The position numbers and the translations under genes are program-made. A stretch of DNA of 64,000 nucleotides from a virus, in the IMG/VR virus record IMGVR_UViG_3300027970_000012, positions 1 to 64,000 of that record; one strand, 5' to 3'. A model generated the notes under the pieces. That model was given only the letters and a program-made list of their open reading frames with translations. It did no database searches and was not told the DNA's origin. Numbering within the stretch: the stretch's first letter is position 1; each line of letters begins with the position of its first letter. Positions 55,801 to 64,000 of this stretch are shown here, piece after piece.

Positions 55801-58800
55801 TATAAAGTTCACCTATGGTGGTTTCAACTACAATACCATTAACCATTATATTTATCAAGGTTTCAGGTAGGAACGATTCAAATTCCTGATTCCATTGCTC
55901 TAAGCTCGTATTTGCGATACTTTGCTGCTTAAATTTCTCGTCTCTACCTGGAACCTCACTCCAATGAACCTCAGTTGGAACATATTCATTCTTACCACGT
56001 ATGGCGTCATTCCAAAATCTATAAAAGGTATTCATTCCTTTAGGGGTTTGGTGGCCTAAAAAGTTGTTGTATAATACCGAGTGCGCCCAAGAATCATCAG
56101 CAATATCGGGTAGAGAAACATCAAAAACTTCATTCTCACTTAATTTAATATCTTTAATTTCTAACCAAATCATATTTTCGTTCACATTATCATCAAAGAA
56201 TCTTTTAATATTTTCATTAGAGCATAACTCTTCTTTATTTTCTAATAGAAGTTGTCTAGAATAATTTTTAAATTCCTTATGCCTTCTTCCCAATGAAGGC
56301 ATTCCATTTTCAGCTAGAATTACTGCAGAATTTGGAATAATATCGGTTCTACTTCCAACTCTAGTTGAAGCTTTCAATAGATTGATTCTTTCTAATTTTC
56401 TTGGTAGAGAGAACCCAATTTGAGAGAAATATTCAAATGCATATTTACCGACTATTTCAATATCAAAATGAGTTGAACTAACTTTAACTCTTTCTGAAGG
56501 TCCAGAAGTAGCTATATAAATGCTACCTAGTATGCCCATATTAGCTAATAATAATTGAACTTGACGAATTAACTCTCTTGAAGTTGAAGTATATTTAACT
56601 CTTCCTTTATTATCAATACCTCCATCACCATCAAACATCCCTCTTAATAGAGCTGTAATGTTAGATTTAGACCAGGACAACACTTTATCTGGCAGTGTTT
56701 TTACTCCAGCTTTATTTGTAATATCAAATCCTAGTTCTTTAAGAAAATCTACAAGTTGCTTTGAATTGATGACATAATGTACATCATCAATCTTTTTATA
56801 TGGAACATTTAGAGTATTCAAACAATATGAAATATCGTCACCACAACTGATTACAATTTGTCCACCAGTAATATTGTGAGTATTCTTGGATACACAGTCT
56901 CGCGCATATCCCTCTGCAACATAAAGCCCGACAAAATATGCAATGTCTTCAGTTATATAATCACAACAAAATGTGTCAATACATTTTCCCTGTTCTGGAT
57001 GAAATCCGATGTAATCTTCATTTCCAAAAACTTGATGATTATATTTTATGGCTAAATAATCGCCTACTTTTAGATGTTTACTCTCTACGTAATTATACTC
57101 ATTGTTGTGAAACGCCCAAAGTTTATGAGTTTGAGAGCATTCTAATGTTTCATACCGAGTGGTTATAATATTTGTAGAAGAAGCTTGATGATTAACAATA
57201 ATATCACTGGTATAGAACTTATTCTTACCCATTACAGTATACTCTGGAACTTGATAAGCACCTGTTTTGGAGATATCAATAAGCCTCTCAATTTTTCTGT
57301 ATCCTTTATTTGTAAGAAGATAGGTATCTTTTGATACACAAGAAACCATAATTACCTTGGTGTACTTACCAGAAGTAATCGTAGGATATACAGAACTAAA
57401 AAACTCGTCTGCAATTTGATTCGGAATGAACGCAAATTCGTCCAGGAAGATTACATTATATGAACCTCCTCGGACGGCAGAACCAGAAGTAGAAGATGCA
57501 ATAATTTTTGAACCATTGTCCAGTTCTAGAGAAGCCTTATTCCAAATCTTAACTCCATGTTGCATCCATTTGGGTAGATTCTCATAGGCAAGCTTTAGTC
57601 TACCTAAAATATCTTTTGCAGTTTGAGCTTTGTTAGCTAGAATGGCGACATTAACATTATCATTGAATATGATATAGTGAAGTAGATATGAGATAGCTGT
57701 AGTCGTATTATGAGTAGGAATGAATGTTCTTCCACATAGAAATAAGTGAGTTTCACTATCTACTTGAATACACGCTACAGGAACACTCTCCACTTTTTCT
57801 ATATTTTGTATATAATGTCTGGTATTCTGTGGCCTACTTTTTCTCTCAAAATTTATTAAATTTAATTTTCTTGGAAGATTGAAAATACACTCCTTACTAG
57901 CAAATCTGATGGTATAGTACCAACATTGATTAATGAGTCTTCTACTTACTCTAGACTTTATTCCTAATGTAGCTAATAGTTCAACAACCTGAAGAATAAG
58001 CTCATAATTTTTTTGATAAAATTCAAATGATTGAGTTTTTGTAATTGACCCATCAGAATCCATCAGTCCTCTCAACAATTCCAATCTCTGGTCTACTGAT
58101 GCTCGTAGATATTCTTGAGGAATATGTTTATTTTTCAATAAACTATTTTCTTCCAATTCTTTATTTAACCCACGACACTTGAACCGAATACAATTCTTAT
58201 AGACTGTCTCCTGTTCAACATCAATTTTAGTTTTATAAAATTCATAATCATCTTTATGGGCAACGATTCTCCCCTCGTGAGACGAACCATCACCTAACCA
58301 AAGACCAAGAAGATATGGGTCTATTGGTAAATCTTTGGGAGTTCCGACCATTGGTTTGGAGCATTCAATATAAAATGCGCCAGCCACACCTTTTCCTCTT
58401 TTGTTGTTGGCTTTTTCAGAGTATCTTAAATACATTTCATTTGTATTGATAACTCTCTTTCCAGCAGTCCAATAAGAACTATTTACTTCCCACAGATGTT
58501 CTGCATCGGCAATAATTTCTTCACCATTATCAAAGTATATTTTATAACATTGATGATTTAACATCGTTTCTGTTTTAAATGTTACAGAAACTGGATTCCC
58601 ATTTGGAGCAAGTACCCTATCTCCGACCTGGATATCCCCAATTGTAGTCCATCCTTCAGGAGTTGGTATTGGAGTATCTAACGATAATGGCTTACCAACC
58701 TGGCGTGGTAATTTACAAATATTGAATCTATGTTGATGAAACTTCTTAATGAGTTTCTCTTGAAACTTATATAATTTAAATGGAATGAGACCTTCATCAA

Positions 58801-58951
58801 GGCTCACAATTTTAATATAATTTCTTGCAAAATATACTGGGTCCTTCTTACACTTAATGAACTCCTGAATATTTTCTGCAGTGAATTCAATGGATATATT
58901 TGCTCTCTTTAGAAGAGGATTACCAGAGTAAATTTCATTGGCGGCAGCCAT
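55772..58951 (-). CDS. g17: Terminase large subunit N fragment (ATPase) with two cis inteins and split-intein N part (55775..55876, 34 aa)
   Basis: YSGNPLLK, PRQVGK/T, FLDEFAF, VS/TPKG, HWSEVPGRD, QEFE|SFLPET. Confidence 0.96.
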   Translation of the reverse strand: MAAANEIYSGNPLLKRANISIEFTAENIQEFIKCKKDPVYFARNYIKIVSLDEGLIPFKLYKFQEKLIKKFHQHRFNICKLPRQVGKPLSLDTPIPTPEGWTTIGDIQVGDRVLAPNGNPVSVTFKTETMLNHQCYKIYFDNGEEIIADAEHLWEVNSSYWTAGKRVINTNEMYLRYSEKANNKRGKGVAGAFYIECSKPMVGTPKDLPIDPYLLGLWLGDGSSHEGRIVAHKDDYEFYKTKIDVEQETVYKNCIRFKCRGLNKELEENSLLKNKHIPQEYLRASVDQRLELLRGLMDSDGSITKTQSFEFYQKNYELILQVVELLATLGIKSRVSRRLINQCWYYTIRFASKECIFNLPRKLNLINFERKSRPQNTRHYIQNIEKVESVPVACIQVDSETHLFLCGRTFIPTHNTTTAISYLLHYIIFNDNVNVAILANKAQTAKDILGRLKLAYENLPKWMQHGVKIWNKASLELDNGSKIIASSTSGSAVRGGSYNVIFLDEFAFIPNQIADEFFSSVYPTITSGKYTKVIMVSCVSKDTYLLTNKGYRKIERLIDISKTGAYQVPEYTVMGKNKFYTSDIIVNHQASSTNIITTRYETLECSQTHKLWAFHNNEYNYVESKHLKVGDYLAIKYNHQVFGNEDYIGFHPEQGKCIDTFCCDYITEDIAYFVGLYVAEGYARDCVSKNTHNITGGQIVISCGDDISYCLNTLNVPYKKIDDVHYVINSKQLVDFLKELGFDITNKAGVKTLPDKVLSWSKSNITALLRGMFDGDGGIDNKGRVKYTSTSRELIRQVQLLLANMGILGSIYIATSGPSERVKVSSTHFDIEIVGKYAFEYFSQIGFSLPRKLERINLLKASTRVGSRTDIIPNSAVILAENGMPSLGRRHKEFKNYSRQLLLENKEELCSNENIKRFFDDNVNENMIWLEIKDIKLSENEVFDVSLPDIADDSWAHSVLYNNFLGHQTPKGMNTFYRFWNDAIRGKNEYVPTEVHWSEVPGRDEKFKQQSIANTSLEQWNQEFESFLPETLINIMVNGIVVETTIGELYNELSNQGTD
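56048..57340 (-). mobile_element. gp17 intein b (431 aa), LAGLIDADG, C-terminal Gln
   Basis: MVS|CVSKDT...CSQTHKL...GLYVAEG...LRGMFDGDG...VFDVSL...FLGHQ|TPKG. Confidence 0.93.
57707..58690 (-). mobile_element. gp17 intein a (328 aa), class 3, Pro1, LAGLIDADG
   Basis: VGK|PLSLDTPIPTPEGW...ADAEHLW...LGLWLGDG...LRGLMDSDG...VACIQV...IPTHN|TTT. Confidence 0.93.
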
Positions 58952-58957
58952 AATACT

Positions 58958-59134
58958 TTATATTGGTTTGATACTACTCATTGTCTCTAGAGTAGATAGG
59001 TGCAACTTTATATAGGATTTGAATAAAGACTTCAATGTGTCTACATTTTCGCATTTATCAATCTCTCTACACAGACAGATAAATTCAAATTGCTTACTCA
59101 AATCTTTTAATTCAATTCCATCAGAATTCGGCAT
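58958..59134 (-). CDS. Small helical protein, NblA-like (not in ORF track)
   Basis: MPNSDGIELKDLSKQFEFICLCREIDKCENVDTLKSLFKSYIKLHLSTLETMSSIKPI*; start overlaps the upstream stop. Confidence 0.55.
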   Translation of the reverse strand: MPNSDGIELKDLSKQFEFICLCREIDKCENVDTLKSLFKSYIKLHLSTLETMSSIKPI

Positions 59135-59601
59135 CAAGTATCTCCATATAAAAATAAGGGTTTCGTGGGGTCGTGTTCACTTGGACTGAACTTCAATACT
59201 CTTGCTTCAGGGTATATCTTATTAATTTGATGAGACATTTCTGCTTTAGTAGGTCTAGAAAATCCAGAAACAAAAATTTGAAGAGTCCTAGGAATTCCTC
59301 TCCAAGTAAACAGTATATGATAAGTGTTTCCAGTTTTCTGTAGCCGTGTATACGATTCTGACATAGGAGATTCTATTGTTTCTAATTTATCATAATAATT
59401 TGGAATTTCATCTACATGTTGAGCAGCTATTGTGAGTGCTAATCTATTGTTGGTAGTATGCTCTTTTTCAATCTTATGTCCTTTATTTAGTTGTTTTTGA
59501 ATAAATTTTACGGACACCCCATACTTTTTAGCCAATTGCTCAGGAGTTTTTGATGATTTTATTGAGCGTAAAATCTTTGAAAGTTCTTTGTATGATTTCA
59601 T
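59134..59601 (-). CDS. Hypothetical protein with CTS-like start
   Basis: MKSYKEL; KGHKIEKEHT...QHVDEIPNYYDKL domain; MSE linker. Confidence 0.65.
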   Translation of the reverse strand: MKSYKELSKILRSIKSSKTPEQLAKKYGVSVKFIQKQLNKGHKIEKEHTTNNRLALTIAAQHVDEIPNYYDKLETIESPMSESYTRLQKTGNTYHILFTWRGIPRTLQIFVSGFSRPTKAEMSHQINKIYPEARVLKFSPSEHDPTKPLFLYGDT

Positions 59602-60020
59602 TTCATGCTTTCCTTCAGGAACTTCTGTAGTTCTGCAGTAGAACCCACAAAAAGAGCATTCGTGGTATTCTGAGTAACTTTAGTAGTAGATTCTTCTTTT
59701 ATTTTCTTGAGTTTTTGCTGATTGTCCAACAGCTTATCAGACAAATCTCCAACAGTTTTGAGTAGCTGCCCGACGACTTCAAAATCTCTAGCTTTTTCAG
59801 ATTCAATTGCAGTATTCAACATTTCATATGTTGCAATCGTTCCTAATTCAATCAATTCGTGAATTGTAGTTCTCGCTGAAGAACTATCTCCATCGTGAAT
59901 TTCAGGAGTAATCTTTAGTGGAATGGATTTCTTTGGTCTCTTGACAATAGTTTTCTGAGACTCCTCTCTTTCAACCTCAATGCCTAGTGCATCATCTATG
60001 GGGGAAAAGCTGTCCATCAT
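59598..60020 (-). CDS. g16: Terminase small subunit gp16
   Basis: ARDFEVVGQLLK, NALFVGSTAELQKFLK. Confidence 0.92.
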   Translation of the reverse strand: MMDSFSPIDDALGIEVEREESQKTIVKRPKKSIPLKITPEIHDGDSSSARTTIHELIELGTIATYEMLNTAIESEKARDFEVVGQLLKTVGDLSDKLLDNQQKLKKIKEESTTKVTQNTTNALFVGSTAELQKFLKESMK

Positions 60021-61072
60021 ATGTCTACTCCTTTTCTAGGACTATATATGAGCCCATCACCAAAATCAAAAGTTTCCTCATTGAAATCATACTCATCTTC
60101 CAGAGGAATCAGAGCATCATCCTCTGTATTGATAACATTAATCACATCTCCTTCCTCGTGGTCAGATGAAGTCGTGTTATTTTGTGCTCGTGTTACGGTA
60201 AGAGAATTTCCATCTATATTCGTGATATACATAACTTCATTATTCAGTTGAATATAGGTATTCAATGCAAGAAAAGTTGCATCTGAAACTGTGAATTTTG
60301 TAATTTTAGAAGTAATATTCTGTGAAATATTGGTAGTTTCATCCGAATTGTAATCTTGAATTGCTTTGGGCGTGACTACATATCTTCTTTGACGAGAGGC
60401 ATTGATTCTATTTGTATCGGTATAATAATCAACTTGAACTTTTTTGATGACATTTCCAGTATCATCCGTATCAATAGGACCAAAGAAATATATTTTAGCA
60501 ATAAAGTTTAGTGTGGTTTGTATAAATCTTCTGGTTGTGAAATCACCTTCATAGTCATCCTCAAATTGTGAGACACTATTTAATACCAATGGAACATCTC
60601 TTGTCTCACCTATAGAGGAAGCCAACTTTACGGTTAAATTGAATTCTGGTCTGAAGTAAGGAAGAATCTGTTCTATAATTTGAAACATATCATCATTATA
60701 CTTGGTTGCAATACTCAATTCAAACGGCAGATTATATGGAATGGGCATATAAATTTGCTTTGGATTATGATTTGGTCCTACCGTAGTATTGAAAGTTTGA
60801 AGAGTGGAAGACTTTCTGGAGGCATCATATTGCAACTGTCCAATTTCAAAGGACATTCTAGGTAATGTAATTGCAACACGATTTCTAAAATCAGGCTTCT
60901 GCTCTAATCTCGCAAGAAATTTCTGAATTGGCCCATAGGCAATGGGAACTTTAATATAGCTAAAATCTTCGTTTTCACCATCTTGATGCCGAATATAGAT
61001 ATCATTAAATAATGTTCCGAATGCAGCGGAAGTTCTTCTTATGATTTCGTGATAGTAGAAATTTCCAGTCAT
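60017..61072 (-). CDS. g15: Tail sheath stabiliser gp15
   Basis: YHEIIRR, VPIAYGP, LPRMSFE, EQILPYFRP, DDYEGDF. Confidence 0.95.
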   Translation of the reverse strand: MTGNFYYHEIIRRTSAAFGTLFNDIYIRHQDGENEDFSYIKVPIAYGPIQKFLARLEQKPDFRNRVAITLPRMSFEIGQLQYDASRKSSTLQTFNTTVGPNHNPKQIYMPIPYNLPFELSIATKYNDDMFQIIEQILPYFRPEFNLTVKLASSIGETRDVPLVLNSVSQFEDDYEGDFTTRRFIQTTLNFIAKIYFFGPIDTDDTGNVIKKVQVDYYTDTNRINASRQRRYVVTPKAIQDYNSDETTNISQNITSKITKFTVSDATFLALNTYIQLNNEVMYITNIDGNSLTVTRAQNNTTSSDHEEGDVINVINTEDDALIPLEDEYDFNEETFDFGDGLIYSPRKGVDI

Positions 61073-61096
61073 AATAGCTACACGCCCACATTATAT

Positions 61097-62476
61097 TTAG
61101 AAAATACCGAAAGGATTGCTTTCCGTGAAGTCTAGAATTGTATCTGACTCAGTTTGAATCTCCTCATTTGAGGCAAATGCATCATCTACATCAAATGCAT
61201 CTACTGAATATAAATTGTAATTTGCCTCACTTCCAGATATAATTTCTCCGATAGCAAAGTTTCCATTTAGAATTCCAACTTTAAGAATACGACTAGTGTA
61301 ATTCCAATCTTTCACATAAGCACTTGTTCCACTGGATACTCCACGAATAATTTCATTGTAAATATAATTTCCTTCTGAGATTGAATCTGGAGGAGCAATT
61401 GTAATTGCTGGTGAGGCAGTATATCCAGAGCCTGCATTTATATATCGCAGTTGAGAAATTTGACCTGATGAATTTCTGACCGCAACAATTTGAGCATTAT
61501 TTCCAGTTGGAGAGGATGTGACTCCAACAGATGGAGCTGTGGAATATTGATTTCCAGAATTACCAATAGAGATTGGTCCAGGTATTCCTGTGGAGATAAT
61601 TGTGGTGGCTATGAATCCAGAACCAGAAGTAGATGCTATGGAAATTTTTGGAGGAATCGTATATCCAATTCCTGGATTGATAATTAAAATCTTATCTATG
61701 GTAGACTCAAAATTCTTTGAGGTCATAATAGCTACAGCAGTAGCTCGTTCTCCTACTGTTGGTTTCTGTATGGTAATGGTTGGTGTGGACTTATATCCAT
61801 ATCCACCATTTAGAATATCAACATACGATACCGATTTACCCGAAGGAATACTATACTGAATTGCAGCTAATTCTACTGCAGCAGTCGCTGATGCTGCAGT
61901 AGAATCCATCATTCTTAATGTTGTAGTGTATCCAAAATCTTTAATTGTTTCATCCACTTCTATAATACCAGTATCAATAATCTCATCTTCATATTCAAAT
62001 AGCTCACATTTAAATTCAAATACATATAAATTATTCAACTGATAGAACGGTGATTTTGGCTCAACAAATTTGATTTCAAATAATGCATTATCTAAAGGAA
62101 AATAAATCAAATCACCTTCTTGTGGCCTGGTGGTTAATTTTATATTGTCTTCATTTGTTATAAATGGTAGTATAAAAGTTTCAAATCTTTCTTTAGATAT
62201 CACCAGAGTAATTTCATCTGTACTACGAATTCCAAATTTGGAAAGAATATCACCTTGACCGCCAAATCCATCAGTAGTTTTTAAGTATGCCTCTAAATGA
62301 AAGCCTTCATCAAATTTCGATACTAAAAGTTCTTTAATAATTTGCTTTTCAGTAATAAACTTTCTCGGCATATAGATTATATCTAATCCAAACATATCAA
62401 TTTGTTCATTCACTAAACTTTGAAGTAGCTTTTGCTCGGAATTTGTTCCGTGCATAAAATATGGATTTAGAGGCAT
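61097..62476 (-). CDS. g14: Neck protein gp14
   Basis: LNPYF, YMPR, LSKFG, RPQEGDLIYFP, DFTESNPFG. Confidence 0.95.
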   Translation of the reverse strand: MPLNPYFMHGTNSEQKLLQSLVNEQIDMFGLDIIYMPRKFITEKQIIKELLVSKFDEGFHLEAYLKTTDGFGGQGDILSKFGIRSTDEITLVISKERFETFILPFITNEDNIKLTTRPQEGDLIYFPLDNALFEIKFVEPKSPFYQLNNLYVFEFKCELFEYEDEIIDTGIIEVDETIKDFGYTTTLRMMDSTAASATAAVELAAIQYSIPSGKSVSYVDILNGGYGYKSTPTITIQKPTVGERATAVAIMTSKNFESTIDKILIINPGIGYTIPPKISIASTSGSGFIATTIISTGIPGPISIGNSGNQYSTAPSVGVTSSPTGNNAQIVAVRNSSGQISQLRYINAGSGYTASPAITIAPPDSISEGNYIYNEIIRGVSSGTSAYVKDWNYTSRILKVGILNGNFAIGEIISGSEANYNLYSVDAFDVDDAFASNEEIQTESDTILDFTESNPFGIF

Positions 62477-62482
62477 ATTGAA

Positions 62483-63298
62483 TTATCCAGTTAGCCCCAT
62501 TGGAGGAAGTTCGTATTCATCTCTGAGTTGACGTTCAATTTCTTCTAATTCTTTTTCTCCATCAGCATATATTTTCTCACCATTCATAGTAATACCTCCT
62601 GCTAATACTGCATTATTAAATTTCGTAATGTTTTGTCCCCATTGCTTCTTAATAGATGCGGATAGATATCTCTTTAACCAATAATCGTTATATACGGCTG
62701 GATAATTTGATGGGTCTACTATTCTATAGCAGTCTATAATTAAATATGAGTCATTTGAAACTCTAGCCCAGTTAATATCTAGATATAGTCTATGTTGTTT
62801 TTTATTGAATCTAAGCTGAACATCTGGTGTTAATGTATAATTAATCTCTGCAAGATACTGCTTGGTCATAGAGTAATTCAAAATATCTATGGACCCCTGA
62901 TAATATAAATCATTTAAGAACATCTGATAGACGATATTAAACATTCCTCCAGAAACTGTAGAGGAGTCCAGTTTAAATACCATATTTACTCCCACTACAC
63001 TATCTGGAAGTGGAATGAAATTCTGTGGTTCCTCTAAAATTGCTGTAGTTACACCAGAAGAAGAGCCACCAGTTGTATATGCTGGTTGATTTTGTATGAT
63101 ATTTAATTCATTTGCTGTGAGTTTATGCTTTAAAAATACTCTTTCTATTCCATCAAAATGCCGTTCATAGAAATACTGAAGCGCATCATCAAGTCGGTCA
63201 TTTAGTTGGTCTTCATCTACGTTAACTTCCAATACGGGAGCGCCAAGCTTTCGTAGGCAATAATCTAATAATTCTTTTCTAGAAGAGGGTTGAGACAT
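62483..63298 (-). CDS. g13: Neck protein gp13
   Basis: YCLRKLGAPVLEVNV, HFDG, KKQWGQN, ELPP. Confidence 0.95.
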   Translation of the reverse strand: MSQPSSRKELLDYCLRKLGAPVLEVNVDEDQLNDRLDDALQYFYERHFDGIERVFLKHKLTANELNIIQNQPAYTTGGSSSGVTTAILEEPQNFIPLPDSVVGVNMVFKLDSSTVSGGMFNIVYQMFLNDLYYQGSIDILNYSMTKQYLAEINYTLTPDVQLRFNKKQHRLYLDINWARVSNDSYLIIDCYRIVDPSNYPAVYNDYWLKRYLSASIKKQWGQNITKFNNAVLAGGITMNGEKIYADGEKELEEIERQLRDEYELPPMGLTG

Positions 63299-63319
63299 TA
63301 TAGTGAATATATGTGAATT

Positions 63320-63673
63320 TTAATTGAATGCCGAAGTAGTGATTCCAGCCGTTAATATAGCACTTCCTTCATAAACTCTTTTTTGAGTAGTACCGACTCC
63401 AACAAGAACATCATAAACATATCTGCCAGGAGTTAAGTAGGAATTTACTGGTGCTCCTAATCCTAGTTGTAATATTCCTTCTGTATGATTAACAATTCCT
63501 ACTGTAAAATTTGCAGTAATATTTAGAGACTGTGGATGTTTTTTGAGACTCGCCCGAGCAGAATATCCAGTTAGGTTGAATGGTATATTACTACCCGAGA
63601 TTTTAATGGGTGGAAAGACCTCCACATAGTCTGAACCAATGGGAATGGTTATATTTTTAACATATATTGCCAT
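63320..63673 (-). CDS. Virion-associated Ig-like hypothetical protein
   Basis: FNLTGYS, GRYVYDV, RVYEG. Confidence 0.65.
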   Translation of the reverse strand: MAIYVKNITIPIGSDYVEVFPPIKISGSNIPFNLTGYSARASLKKHPQSLNITANFTVGIVNHTEGILQLGLGAPVNSYLTPGRYVYDVLVGVGTTQKRVYEGSAILTAGITTSAFN

Positions 63674-63695
63674 TGTTTTAACCGACGATTATAAG

Positions 63696-63896
63696 TTATT
63701 TAGTTCCATTAATTAATTCCGCTACAAGCTTCTTTAATTCTGAAATCTCAGATTTCACTTGTTCTAATTCTCTCTTTTCATTGATTCGGGTTTCTTTAAA
63801 TCTTAAATATTCTGAATACTGATTTTCATTGCAATTTATAATTGCTCCAGTTGCCTCATCTCGGTATAATCCAGAATGACCCTCTACTGGTATCAT
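63696..63896 (-). CDS. Small conserved coiled-coil protein
   Basis: VEGHSGLYRDEATGAIIN. Confidence 0.7.
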   Translation of the reverse strand: MIPVEGHSGLYRDEATGAIINCNENQYSEYLRFKETRINEKRELEQVKSEISELKKLVAELINGTK

Positions 63897-64000
63897 AACG
63901 TAGCAATAGCTCTCAGGTCACGAATCAATGGAACATTAGATTGACTAGTTCCATTCATCATAATCTTTATTTGATATCCAGTAAATTGAGGCAGAGATTT
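63893..64000 (-). CDS. C terminus of a large virion structural protein (partial)
   Basis: ...LPQFTGYQIKIMMNGTSQSNVPLIRDLRAIATL*. Confidence 0.65.
   Translation of the reverse strand, partial: KSLPQFTGYQIKIMMNGTSQSNVPLIRDLRAIATL

Noticed and set aside
1412-61859. Numerous 60-126 aa plus-strand ORFs and nested minus-strand ORFs in the track
   Set aside because: They lie opposite or inside well-supported genes, lack motifs, and are expected shadows of biased codon usage.
61300-61860. Gly-Tyr repeats (GxGYxxxPxI) in gp14 as a novel insertion
   Set aside because: Such repeats are common in cyanophage neck, baseplate and tail proteins.
1-64000. tRNA, rRNA or CRISPR arrays
   Set aside because: None recognised in the short intergenic spaces; tRNAscan and Infernal were not run.

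Overview
A 64-kb segment of a T4-like cyanophage (myovirus) genome, low GC, with almost all genes on the minus strand. Right to left it carries the virion module (g13, g14, g15, g16, g17, g18, g19, g20, g21, g22, g23, g3), recombination and replication genes (uvsY, uvsW, g55, g47, g46, g45, g44, g62, regA, hsp20, g43, uvsX, g41, mazG, g61, nrdA, nrdB), an accessory island between g45 and g44 (psbA, ATP-grasp protein, phosphoesterase, DNA ligase, glycosylase-like gene, decayed ORFs) and late-promoter clusters of probable internal head proteins. The segment is heavily invaded by self-splicing elements: 7 inteins, 2 group I introns in psbA, and several intact, frameshifted or deleted homing endonuclease genes. 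Three inteins are split (nrdA, g41, g17), so three essential proteins need trans-splicing. Standouts: (1) a large terminase needing three splicing reactions of three chemistries (class 3 Pro1, Gln-terminal, atypically split Ser1); (2) a very divergent D1 that keeps all Mn ligands but has a remodelled QB and ChlD1 environment; (3) a family of proteins and polyproteins with T4-type capsid-targeting and gp21 cleavage motifs, carrying enzyme-like cargo, some with non-AUG starts; (4) a Chlorella-virus-type DNA ligase, an unannotated NblA-like ORF and near absence of GATC. All family calls come from motif recognition by eye; no database search was run.
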